The notes below the pieces were generated by a model, which saw nothing but the letters and a program-made list of their open reading frames with translations, made no database searches and had not been told where the DNA came from. DNA of 64,000 nt from a virus: the IMG/VR virus record IMGVR_UViG_3300046794_000505, positions 1 through 64,000 of that record; one strand, given 5' to 3'. Positions within the stretch are counted from its first letter, which is position 1. Every line of letters begins with the position of its first letter. The position numbers and the translations under genes are program-made. Below, one piece after another: positions 7,523 to 15,714 of this stretch.

Positions 7523-7704
7523 CCTGGTCACCCAGGTCATATCGGTGCAGTGATTCTGTATCCGAAGTAGGTCGGATCGGGATGCAAGCCCATTATGCCA
7601 GTCAGCCACCTATCGGCCTGTGTCACCCCCTCATGACGCGTTCGGGGTCTTACGCGGCGATCCAGACTTATTGAAAAAGATTCCAGGGTCGCATCTCTCT
7701 TTTA

Positions 7705-7779
7705 TGGCTGGCAATGGAGGATTCGAACCTCCGACTTCCCGGTTAACAGCCGGGCGTTCTACCGCTGAACTAATCGCCA
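7705..7779 (-). tRNA. tRNA-Asn(GTT)
   Basis: Anticodon arm cccgg-ctGTTaa-ccggg, T arm ggagg-ttcgaat-cctcc, 3' CCA. Confidence 0.92.
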
Positions 7780-7782
7780 ATT

Positions 7783-7857
7783 TGGTTGCGAGGGCTGGAA
7801 TTGCACCAGCGACCTTCGGGTTATGAGCCCGACGAGATACTACTTCTCCACCACGCA
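7783..7857 (-). tRNA. tRNA-Met(CAT), initiator type
   Basis: Anticodon arm tcggg-ctCATaa-cccga with the three G-C pairs of tRNA-fMet; 3' ACCA. Confidence 0.88.
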
Positions 7858-8224
7858 ATAACTTTGTATTCGTGTGATCCCTGACCTGACGAGTGCATCA
7901 GGACGAGTGAGTTCTTCAACCAAGCCAAGAACCACGCGAATAAAAAGTGTGCCTGTCTTTCCAAGCTGCCAGCGACCCCTACTTACTGATCCCGCCATCC
8001 CACCACAGCAGGTCTATCAGTGTTCAAGGACGGTTCCCCGGGCGGAACACAATGAGATTGAACCCAGTACCGTACTGCGTGGGATTTTTAGCCGCCCTCT
8101 CCACGCCCTGACGTCCAGCTACCTAACTCTTCGTGGAAACAACACTTTGGGTCAGCCCTGCTGGCCGGGGTACTACCCTCAACTCTCAATCAGTGAGTGC
8201 ACAATAAAACAACGCGAGGATGAA

Positions 8225-9292
8225 TTACAACCCCGCGTCGTTATCAAATACCGTTATTTTTTCATCGGTGGATCCGATAACCGTATTCCGGCCGTATTCC
8301 TCGGCGGCGGCCGTTATGGCAGCGTCCACTGTCTCATGGGATGGCATAGCGGCCACGGCGGCCAGATCGACATAGGACCCAAGAATCGGCACTTGATCTT
8401 GATCATAGAATTTCTTCAGAAATTCTTTGATGAAAAACCAGTACGCACCAAAATTCCGGTATGCCTGAGGGTCTTGGACCAACAATGCTCGAATGTTTTC
8501 TGCATATTTTGGGGGCGTCGCGATCTTGTGGACTATCTGTTCTTCCATGAGCTGATCAGTCTGCTCTGACAGCTGAACTTCGGCTGGTGGTTCAGTTTCT
8601 ACGATTGGCTCGACTGCCACCACTGGCTGCTCAATCGCTGGCTCAGGCTCGGTGCTGACTTCGTGCACAATCGGAGCAGCAGCGACCGGTTCAGCAGCTA
8701 GCAACGGCTCCTGCTTCTTCACCCCACGAATATGCCTGGCGATCACGGTCCCGTCCTTGCGGACATGCGGGGCTATCAGTTTATGGCTGATCAGGAGCGC
8801 CTTGATCATCTGCGGATCATTCTTGGTGGCCCGGACCTTCACCCGAAACTCTTCGATCGGCATGGCGATAATGCCGCCGAAGAAACGCGGATCATCGTAG
8901 TGGTTCAGGTAGGCCTGTTTCGCCTCTTCCATGCTGCCAAATCCTAGGAAGATTTTATCCTCATCGAAGACGTCCCAGTCTTTGCGCTTCATCTGGCGGA
9001 CGATATAGACCTCTGGCGCGGATTCGTCCGGGCCGACGTAAACGTCCACTGGATCACCGTCGACACCCAGGCTGCCGGTAATTTCCCCGTAGGCGTGGGC
9101 GAATTCGGTCCGCCATGGTTTGCCGGTTTCGTCGACGCCTTCGCGGATGGTCCCGGCCGGGTTTTCGATCACCAGATTGAAGCCGGCGAACTTCAGGTTT
9201 GTGGTATCGCCTTCGACTTGGACGCTGCCGCCAGTGGAGCTCAGGGTCTCCAGCGGCAGCGACTTGATCAGCAAATAAAGTGGCTCAGTCAT
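8225..9292 (-). CDS. Inorganic-pyrophosphatase-like (InPase) domain protein, probably head-associated
   Basis: IENPAGTIREG...AYGEI...GVDGDPVDVYVG...FDEDKIFLGF; translationally coupled to MuF. Confidence 0.75.
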   Translation of the reverse strand: MTEPLYLLIKSLPLETLSSTGGSVQVEGDTTNLKFAGFNLVIENPAGTIREGVDETGKPWRTEFAHAYGEITGSLGVDGDPVDVYVGPDESAPEVYIVRQMKRKDWDVFDEDKIFLGFGSMEEAKQAYLNHYDDPRFFGGIIAMPIEEFRVKVRATKNDPQMIKALLISHKLIAPHVRKDGTVIARHIRGVKKQEPLLAAEPVAAAPIVHEVSTEPEPAIEQPVVAVEPIVETEPPAEVQLSEQTDQLMEEQIVHKIATPPKYAENIRALLVQDPQAYRNFGAYWFFIKEFLKKFYDQDQVPILGSYVDLAAVAAMPSHETVDAAITAAAEEYGRNTVIGSTDEKITVFDNDAGL

Positions 9293-10454
9293 GCTTCGGG
9301 CGCTCCGGTGCTTTCAGTTTGTCGTCGAGCCACGCGCTGAATTTCGCGTCGCCGGCCTTCTCGCGTTGTTTGATGGTTAGCCAGATTCCCCTGCATGAGG
9401 GATGTTGTACGCCTGCGGCTGGCCAGTACATCTCATCTGGTGTCCGCGGCATCATCACTCCGCTGACCCGCTTCATTGGTGCAGCCGACCGCCCAATGTT
9501 CGTTTTTCCCGGCCAAATCTGAGTGTCCGGATTCTTGATCTTCTGCGCCGGATCCACCACGGTGAATTCCTGTCCGTCGATCTTGCGGCAGAACGCGCAC
9601 GCACCTTGATAGCGTTCCTGGCGCCGAACCATGGTCCCAGGGTCCAACGACGCGATAAACCCTTGGTTCGAGTTCTCCGATGCTTCGGTCATGGCGATGC
9701 GGCGCCAGTCGCGATTCAGGGTACCGAATTCGTCGAGCAGTTGAGTCTGCAAGCTGGAAGCGGTCGCCGCCGTATCGCCGATGAATTCGGCCTCTTGATG
9801 CGCCAGAATCACCCGCTTGATCCGGTGACGTAGACTATCGGTCAGACCGACGATGTTCTCCGCGCAGCGCGCCTGACCGAACTCCATGATTGCCCGCTGC
9901 GTGCGGTTGATGCCGAACATAGCCTCGCAGGCTGCCGGCGTCTCAGGGATCTGCGGCAGCAGCTTGGCAACGGCCGGGGCCTCCAGTTCAAGCTTGGCCT
10001 CTTGCACCTTGCCCATGATCGTCGACTTGGTCGCCATCCATTCAGAGGCAGTGCGGGCGAACTCCGGCGGCAGGTAGCGCTGGGCAATGTAGTCGACCAG
10101 CAGCGACCAGTCGTCAATGCCGAACTGGGCCGGGGGAATCGATTCCAGGTAGAGTTTCGCCAGGCGCAGCTCGTCGGGCGTCCACTTCAGGACCCCGCCA
10201 GCGAACGCGGCCGGCACCTCAGCCCCTGGCCGGAAGTGCTCACCCTTGATCCACTCGTCCAGCTCGGTCTGCACACCGTGAATCTGCAACAGGCCGCGTT
10301 GGGTGAAGCGCTCGATCAGTTCACGGACAAATGGGGATTCGTGCGGGCGCGTGGTGCCGTCGTCGCCCCCTTCGCCAATCGCCTTGTACATCGCCTCGAT
10401 GCCCTGGTCGAAGGCATGGTCTGGAACGCTTGAAACGTCGATAAACTGTGACAT
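9285..10454 (-). CDS. Head morphogenesis protein (MuF/SPP1 gp7-like)
   Basis: NRDWRRIAMTEA...ACAFC...QHPSCRG; late motif just upstream of ATG 10454. Confidence 0.75.
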   Translation of the reverse strand: MSQFIDVSSVPDHAFDQGIEAMYKAIGEGGDDGTTRPHESPFVRELIERFTQRGLLQIHGVQTELDEWIKGEHFRPGAEVPAAFAGGVLKWTPDELRLAKLYLESIPPAQFGIDDWSLLVDYIAQRYLPPEFARTASEWMATKSTIMGKVQEAKLELEAPAVAKLLPQIPETPAACEAMFGINRTQRAIMEFGQARCAENIVGLTDSLRHRIKRVILAHQEAEFIGDTAATASSLQTQLLDEFGTLNRDWRRIAMTEASENSNQGFIASLDPGTMVRRQERYQGACAFCRKIDGQEFTVVDPAQKIKNPDTQIWPGKTNIGRSAAPMKRVSGVMMPRTPDEMYWPAAGVQHPSCRGIWLTIKQREKAGDAKFSAWLDDKLKAPERPKHD

Positions 10455-10480
10455 ACAGGTGTCCTTTGAGTTCTCAAGGC

Positions 10481-10495
10481 ACCTTGGGGTCACGA
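10481..10495 (-). promoter_or_regulatory. Putative late promoter
   Basis: TCGTGAC CC CAAGGT upstream of MuF. Confidence 0.65.
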
Positions 10496-10508
10496 CACAT
10501 CAAACAGT

Positions 10509-10537
10509 TGCATTGATGTTGCGAGTGCAATATATTG
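10509..10537 (+). promoter_or_regulatory. sigma70-like promoter for accessory operon 10.5-15.2 kb
   Basis: TTGCAT-17-TATATT followed by an AAGGA RBS. Confidence 0.65.
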
Positions 10538-10565
10538 GAGTCATAGACAGAAAAAGGAACGCATC

Positions 10566-11153
10566 ATGATTGTTTACCACAGAGACAACATCGTTGAAAA
10601 CGCGATGATCCTCGCGGCCAATGCCCACCGGGGTGAGTTCCGGAAACAGAGCAACACCCCTTACATTCTCCATCCGATGCAGGTCGCCACCTTGGTGATG
10701 CAGCACGGCGGTTCGATTGAACAAATCGCTGGTGCCTGGATGCACGACGTGATCGAGGACTGCGGTGCCGATTATGAGTTAGCGATCCAGTTCGCCTGCG
10801 GCAAGCACGTCCTTCGGTTGGTGCAGGCCTGCAGCGATTGCGCGCCAGCCACCGGCGAGGTCAAAGCACCCTGGCAAGATCGGAAGAACTTCTACATCGA
10901 CGGGATCAAGAATCACCCAGGTGATGCGCTGCTGATCATCGCCTGCGACAAGCTGGCCAACATCACCGACAGCGTCGAAGGCCTGAAGCGGGGCGAGGAC
11001 GTCATGAGCCTGTTCAACTGCACCCGGGACCAGACGCTCTGGTATTACTGCGCCGTGTTCAAGCAGCTGGAGCTGTATGGCGATGCTAGGGTTCAGAAAG
11101 TCGCCAAGCTGATCGACGCACAAATTCTGATGCTGGACGCACTGAGCGCATGA
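10566..11153 (+). CDS. HD-domain small alarmone hydrolase (SpoT/Mesh1-like)
   Basis: AHRGEFRKQSNTPYILHPMQVA...AWMHDVIED...IACDKLANI. Confidence 0.85.
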   Translation: MIVYHRDNIVENAMILAANAHRGEFRKQSNTPYILHPMQVATLVMQHGGSIEQIAGAWMHDVIEDCGADYELAIQFACGKHVLRLVQACSDCAPATGEVKAPWQDRKNFYIDGIKNHPGDALLIIACDKLANITDSVEGLKRGEDVMSLFNCTRDQTLWYYCAVFKQLELYGDARVQKVAKLIDAQILMLDALSA

Positions 11154-11181
11154 TAATCGGGCCGCCACGTAGAGGAATGAT

Positions 11182-11670
11182 ATGAACATCAATCACCCAG
11201 ACCAACCGTTGATACAAGACGAAAATCATGTAACTAGGTTCAAGAAAAACCGTATCGTCGAATACCTCTTGGACAATGGCCCGTTCGACATGAACAAGCT
11301 GGCCATGCTTGAATTCGACGATGAAGACCGCCAGCAGTTCGCCCAACTGATCGGCTACAGCCTTGGCGGCTATGGCGATCTGAGCTATGTCAGTGATGAG
11401 GCTTACGAGCGCGCTACCACGCAGAGTGATGAACGCCGAATCGCCGCCTGCCTCAAGGCTTGCGAAGGCATCAGCACCGAAGTGCTGGAGCTCAATGCTG
11501 AGGCCGGCGGCGTTGCAACACTTGAACGCCAGCGCAACGAAGCACTTGCTGCCCTCAATTCTCTGATCCTGTTCACCAACCCGACCAAGACCAATGCTGT
11601 CGCGCTCAATCACGCATTGCGCGTGGCTGGGCAGTACAAGGCGACTATTGGACAGCAGGCCGAGCAATGA
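11182..11670 (+). CDS. Hypothetical phage protein
   Basis: RBS and ORF in a tightly packed operon (RFKKNRIVEYLLD...QFAQLIGYSLGGY). Confidence 0.7.
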   Translation: MNINHPDQPLIQDENHVTRFKKNRIVEYLLDNGPFDMNKLAMLEFDDEDRQQFAQLIGYSLGGYGDLSYVSDEAYERATTQSDERRIAACLKACEGISTEVLELNAEAGGVATLERQRNEALAALNSLILFTNPTKTNAVALNHALRVAGQYKATIGQQAEQ

Positions 11671-11885
11671 TCCGCTGCTGCCGCGATCGCTGCGAACCTG
11701 GCACGGAGTGCGGTTGCCCGACCTGCTCAGCCAAGAAATACCCGCAATACGCACGGGCCCAGCGCCAGGAAATCGAACAGATGGCCGGGATCTGTCCGGG
11801 CTGCCAGGGGATGCTGGTCTACCGCAACGACATCATGGTCCATTCAAGCCCACGAAGCACTTGCCCGGGAGTTATCAGGCGATGA
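11667..11885 (+). CDS. Small Cys-rich hypothetical protein
   Basis: ATGA overlaps on both sides; CxxC motifs. Confidence 0.55.
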   Translation: MIRCCRDRCEPGTECGCPTCSAKKYPQYARAQRQEIEQMAGICPGCQGMLVYRNDIMVHSSPRSTCPGVIRR

Positions 11886-12604
11886 GTATTTGCGATTGTA
11901 ATCAAGGCCGATTGGCCTGTAGTTGTAAGACTGCGACACCATTAGAAGTGCAGCGCCACCGCTGTCTGATCGGTGCATATCCTAATGCTGCCTGGGCAGA
12001 AATGGTTCGCGCATCCGAATTTGACGCCGCCCAATCCGAACTGGCTACGCTGCGGGAAGAGCTGGACACCTCAAAGCGCAATGAGCATAACTCTGAAGTT
12101 GCGTACAAGGCTGCAATCGAAAAGCAGGAAGAGTTGCGGGAAGACTTCGACATTGTCTCTGAAGAGCGGGACAACGCTAAGCGCAACGCCTCGGCCTTCG
12201 AGGAACGCATGGGCAACCTGCAAGTCGAGAACGGCGAGCTGCAACAGCGCCTGACAGCCGCCGAGCAGCGGAATGCGGAGCTTGAGGCATTGCTTGATAC
12301 GCCGCATACCTCAGATTGGTTCGAAGGCGTGAAGCTCGAAGCTGGCCACCAAATTAAACGCTGGGGTTCGGAGCATGACGCCGGTAAAGGCCCCGCCGAC
12401 TGGTTCTGGTTGATCGGCTACCTTGCGCAGAAGGCCATGGGGGCGCAGATGCTCGGCAATGACGAAAAAGCCAAGCACCACACTATCAGTACCGGGGCCG
12501 CTCTTTTGAACTGGTTCCGCGCAATCGCTGGCGACAGCAATGTGATGCGCCCCGGTATCGACGCAGCCTGTGCCAAACCCACCGAATCGGGAGCAAGCGA
12601 ATGA
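11882..12604 (+). CDS. Hypothetical coiled-coil phage protein (Ead/Ea22-like region)
   Basis: LQQRLTAAEQRNAEL coiled coil plus a C-terminal HDAGKGPADWFWLIGYL domain. Confidence 0.65.
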   Translation: MSICDCNQGRLACSCKTATPLEVQRHRCLIGAYPNAAWAEMVRASEFDAAQSELATLREELDTSKRNEHNSEVAYKAAIEKQEELREDFDIVSEERDNAKRNASAFEERMGNLQVENGELQQRLTAAEQRNAELEALLDTPHTSDWFEGVKLEAGHQIKRWGSEHDAGKGPADWFWLIGYLAQKAMGAQMLGNDEKAKHHTISTGAALLNWFRAIAGDSNVMRPGIDAACAKPTESGASE

Positions 12605-13275
12605 GCAGTAAAATTGAAGTCAAAGTAACTGACAGCGGCGTTAAGTTCGGCGGCGCATGGTTTTCTCATGAGCGCATTACCGGCTATACCGCTGAGCAAC
12701 TGAATTCGGGCAACTGCGCCATAACAGGTCGCGAGTATATGAAGTGGCTCGCAAATGCCTCCGCCCCTGTCGTCGAGCGCCAGCCGGTGGCAATTTATAT
12801 GCACATGGATGAGCTTTCCCTGTTTACGAGTGAGGATGTGTCAGGCGGTGTAGCTGCTGTGAGTAAGCGCCCTGGCGACGGCATGACTGCGCTCTACACC
12901 GCCCCGCCCGAACTCGCCGAACTGCAAGCCACCATCGCACGGCTGACGGCAGATCTTAAGATTCGGGATCGTGAGCTTGAGATAGCCGCAGAACAAGCTG
13001 ATGACCTGCAAGTCGAGATCGAGCGGCTGAAGGGTGGGCAGGGTGAGCCAGTGGCTTATCGATGGAGGATTATCGGCAGCAAAGAATGGGCGCTTTCTAC
13101 CACATATCCATTGGTAAGCGATCAGTTTGAAACTGTACCTCTCTACACCTCGCAGCCCGCGCCGGTATCGGTGGTTCTGCCAGAGCCCCATGGCAAACAA
13201 TCAAACCTGAAGGACACCCAATATGCCATGGGCTGGAACGCCTGCCTCGACACGGTCAAGGAGCTGAATCAATGA
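12601..13275 (+). CDS. Hypothetical mosaic phage protein
   Basis: Repeated QPVA/EPVA...LYT linker modules; ends GWNACLD. Confidence 0.65.
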   Translation: MSSKIEVKVTDSGVKFGGAWFSHERITGYTAEQLNSGNCAITGREYMKWLANASAPVVERQPVAIYMHMDELSLFTSEDVSGGVAAVSKRPGDGMTALYTAPPELAELQATIARLTADLKIRDRELEIAAEQADDLQVEIERLKGGQGEPVAYRWRIIGSKEWALSTTYPLVSDQFETVPLYTSQPAPVSVVLPEPHGKQSNLKDTQYAMGWNACLDTVKELNQ

Positions 13276-13465
13276 ACAACAACCGCAGCGGCACAAGCCA
13301 GCTATCCATGAGCGTTCCCAAATTCCGCGCTGAGCTGCACAAGGCTTATATAGCTGGCGGCTTGGCAGCTCGTGCATGCCCAACCGGTTTCGAGTTTGAT
13401 GAGGAGGCCAAACGCCGAGAGTTCGTCAAGCAGGCAATCATTGATTTGAATTGGAGATAGTCGGG

Positions 13466-14125
13466 ATGAGCGATCTTAGCGAAAAACCAAAACCGAATAA
13501 CGCCCCTACCTACATGTGCTTGTACCCAGGGCTTGCAGAAATTGCACGGGCGAATGGTTACGCACTGGCCGTGCACGGCTCACTTGCACGGGACATGGAC
13601 TTGATAGCGGTGCCGTGGATCGAATCGCCAGAGCCACCCGAGAAAGTTATTGCGGCGATTGAGTCGCAATTTGCCATTAAAAGGATCGGCGAATTAACCG
13701 GAGCCCCGCACGGACGGATGATTCAGACGATAGGCATAAGTTTCGGAGAGTGCTTTATCGACCTTAGCTTCATGCCGGCCACCTCTACAGAATCACCAAA
13801 AGGAAGTGGTTCTCTGGATTTCACCTACAGTTCTACCCAATCTACCAGCTGCGCCGGATGCGGCAAACACAAACACACCCCGTTGCGCGTAGACGCCATG
13901 GGCGGCTATGTCTGTCTGACCTGCATCGATGAGCGCCTGGAAGCACTGCTGATCGAGGAGTCGGCACGTGACGCCGAACCTGACTGGGATGGATGCCGGG
14001 AGATCTCTAATCTGCCTTTGGTTCACGATGACCTGCAAGCCTTCAGCGCCGACCCAACAGAAGATAATGCCATTTCTGTCGTGCAGGCGATCGTCATGGC
14101 TATCACACGGAAACCAGCAGAATGA
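13466..14125 (+). CDS. Hypothetical protein (nucleotidyltransferase-like N-terminus, Zn-ribbon C-terminus)
   Basis: GYALAVHGSLARDMDLIAVPW (GS...DxD); CAGC...CLTC. Confidence 0.55.
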   Translation: MSDLSEKPKPNNAPTYMCLYPGLAEIARANGYALAVHGSLARDMDLIAVPWIESPEPPEKVIAAIESQFAIKRIGELTGAPHGRMIQTIGISFGECFIDLSFMPATSTESPKGSGSLDFTYSSTQSTSCAGCGKHKHTPLRVDAMGGYVCLTCIDERLEALLIEESARDAEPDWDGCREISNLPLVHDDLQAFSADPTEDNAISVVQAIVMAITRKPAE

Positions 14126-14664
14126 TCGACCTCACCTACCTGCGTGCGGAGCTTGTCCGCGCGCAACAAGAGGGGCAGTCGCTGGTGCGCGTCAGTGCCT
14201 CAGAACTCCAATCGGTGATCAATCGGCTGGACCGCCACGAGGAGCATGGCGACAAGGTCCCGAAGCTCTTCGGCTACATAATCTCCAGCGACCTGCGCAA
14301 CCTTCGAGTCGGCTCGCACATGTTCGCCAAGGTGAAACGCAAGGGCACGGGACGGTTCGATTGTCCTGTCTACTTCCTTGATATGCCTGATCAGGAAAAA
14401 CCGCCGGTGCCGGACGGCGTTTATTACGATGCTGATGCCGACTATTTCTACAGCGAACTCAATGGCACCGGGATGGGGATGGCCTTCTGGGAGGCTTGGC
14501 GCAAGCGCAAGGATGATTTCCCTGCCAGGCCGATGACTGCTATGGAACGTCAGGCCCTGGAAGATCTTGATGACTGTATACCGGATTTCAGTCCGGGTTC
14601 CGGAAACAGGGCCCGACGCCGCGCTACATCCCTCGGATTATCTATCCCTGTCGAGAAGACGTGA
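14122..14664 (+). CDS. Hypothetical protein, paralogue of 22515-22790
   Basis: Shared YLxAELxxAQxEG...ELQSxxxRL N-terminus. Confidence 0.6.
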   Translation: MIDLTYLRAELVRAQQEGQSLVRVSASELQSVINRLDRHEEHGDKVPKLFGYIISSDLRNLRVGSHMFAKVKRKGTGRFDCPVYFLDMPDQEKPPVPDGVYYDADADYFYSELNGTGMGMAFWEAWRKRKDDFPARPMTAMERQALEDLDDCIPDFSPGSGNRARRRATSLGLSIPVEKT

Positions 14665-14700
14665 CGCCAAGATGGTCAGACCAAAACGGAGCACTATCTC

Positions 14701-15204
14701 ATGAGTGAAACCATTGATCTGACCGCCCGGATGGCTGCGTTCCTCGCGAAGGGGAAGGCTGTCACGGTTCTTGATTACGCAGGCAATGCCGTCGGCGAGC
14801 ACCGCGATATCGACCTCAGCCAAGAACGTATCTTGGCACTCGATCCAGAGAAAACGCCTCGAGGCGCCACCCCGAAAAACAAACACATCATCTCGGCGCC
14901 ATCACTCGGGCTGCCACGGGAGGGTTCAGTGAGAGCAAAATACTTTGAGCCAGCGGCCCCGCATCAGGCTGAACCGGAACCGGTGCGTCCGGCGGAAATC
15001 CAGGTTCCAAGCGGCTCGCCCTATATGACGATCCCGGATCCGAATCCGGTGAGCATTACGCATACGCTGGTTATCGTTCCAGTGATCAAACCGACTGTAA
15101 CGGCGACCGTCGACGTGCTGTCCGAACTGCGTAAGATCCGCAAAGCAGTCGCCGCCATTGGCGAGACCGTGGACCGCTTCGAACGCATCTGCCGTCGAGC
15201 CTGA
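14701..15204 (+). CDS. Hypothetical protein
   Basis: GGAG RBS; ends just before a terminator. Confidence 0.6.
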   Translation: MSETIDLTARMAAFLAKGKAVTVLDYAGNAVGEHRDIDLSQERILALDPEKTPRGATPKNKHIISAPSLGLPREGSVRAKYFEPAAPHQAEPEPVRPAEIQVPSGSPYMTIPDPNPVSITHTLVIVPVIKPTVTATVDVLSELRKIRKAVAAIGETVDRFERICRRA

Positions 15205-15217
15205 TCCGACGGAAATG

Positions 15218-15243
15218 AAAACCCCGCATCACGCGGGGTTTTC
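15218..15243. terminator. Bidirectional intrinsic terminator
   Basis: aaaaccccgc-atcac-gcggggtttt between convergent genes. Confidence 0.75.
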
Positions 15244-15714
15244 TTCGTCTTGGGTTTGATCCGGAAGGGCCTTGGCCAGCAGTTCTTCAGTGCCTCCACC
15301 GACCAATATAATGATTTTCGCCATCAGTTCCTCCACCGGTTGCATCCGGCGCAGATCGCGAATTATCGACCCGAGTGCCTTGGTCATTTTGGTCGTAGCA
15401 TCATCGTTCTGCTCGACGTTGCCATGCAGATAGAAACGTTTGCCGTCCTCGGTTTCGCAGATCGAACCGTCCTCACCCTGATCGATGATTGATGCCTTGC
15501 GCTCCATACGCTGCTTGTATCCGTGCAGCTCGCCCCAGCGCACTTTGTGGTGCTGACCCTTGTCGCATTTCACCGTGCAGCCGTGCACGCCGGATGCGAG
15601 GACCTTTCCCGACATCGGGCCATGCTCGGCATGAGTGAAGTACACCGAATCCCCCGGATGTGCCCGGCGTCCTTCAATGGGTTCGACTGATTTCGCTGTC
15701 GGCTTCTGATTCAC
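15229..15714 (-). CDS. Hypothetical head-associated protein
   Basis: Coupled to the portal by an ATGA overlap; SH3-like N-terminus. Confidence 0.6.
   Translation of the reverse strand: MNQKPTAKSVEPIEGRRAHPGDSVYFTHAEHGPMSGKVLASGVHGCTVKCDKGQHHKVRWGELHGYKQRMERKASIIDQGEDGSICETEDGKRFYLHGNVEQNDDATTKMTKALGSIIRDLRRMQPVEELMAKIIILVGGGTEELLAKALPDQTQDEENPA

Noticed and set aside
7878-7915. ctgacgag as a hammerhead ribozyme core
   Set aside because: No matching GAAA or stem architecture found.
7874-8569. 231-aa plus-strand ORF and other ORFs over the tRNA cluster
   Set aside because: Antisense to the InPase gene or overlapping tRNAs; no recognisable motifs.
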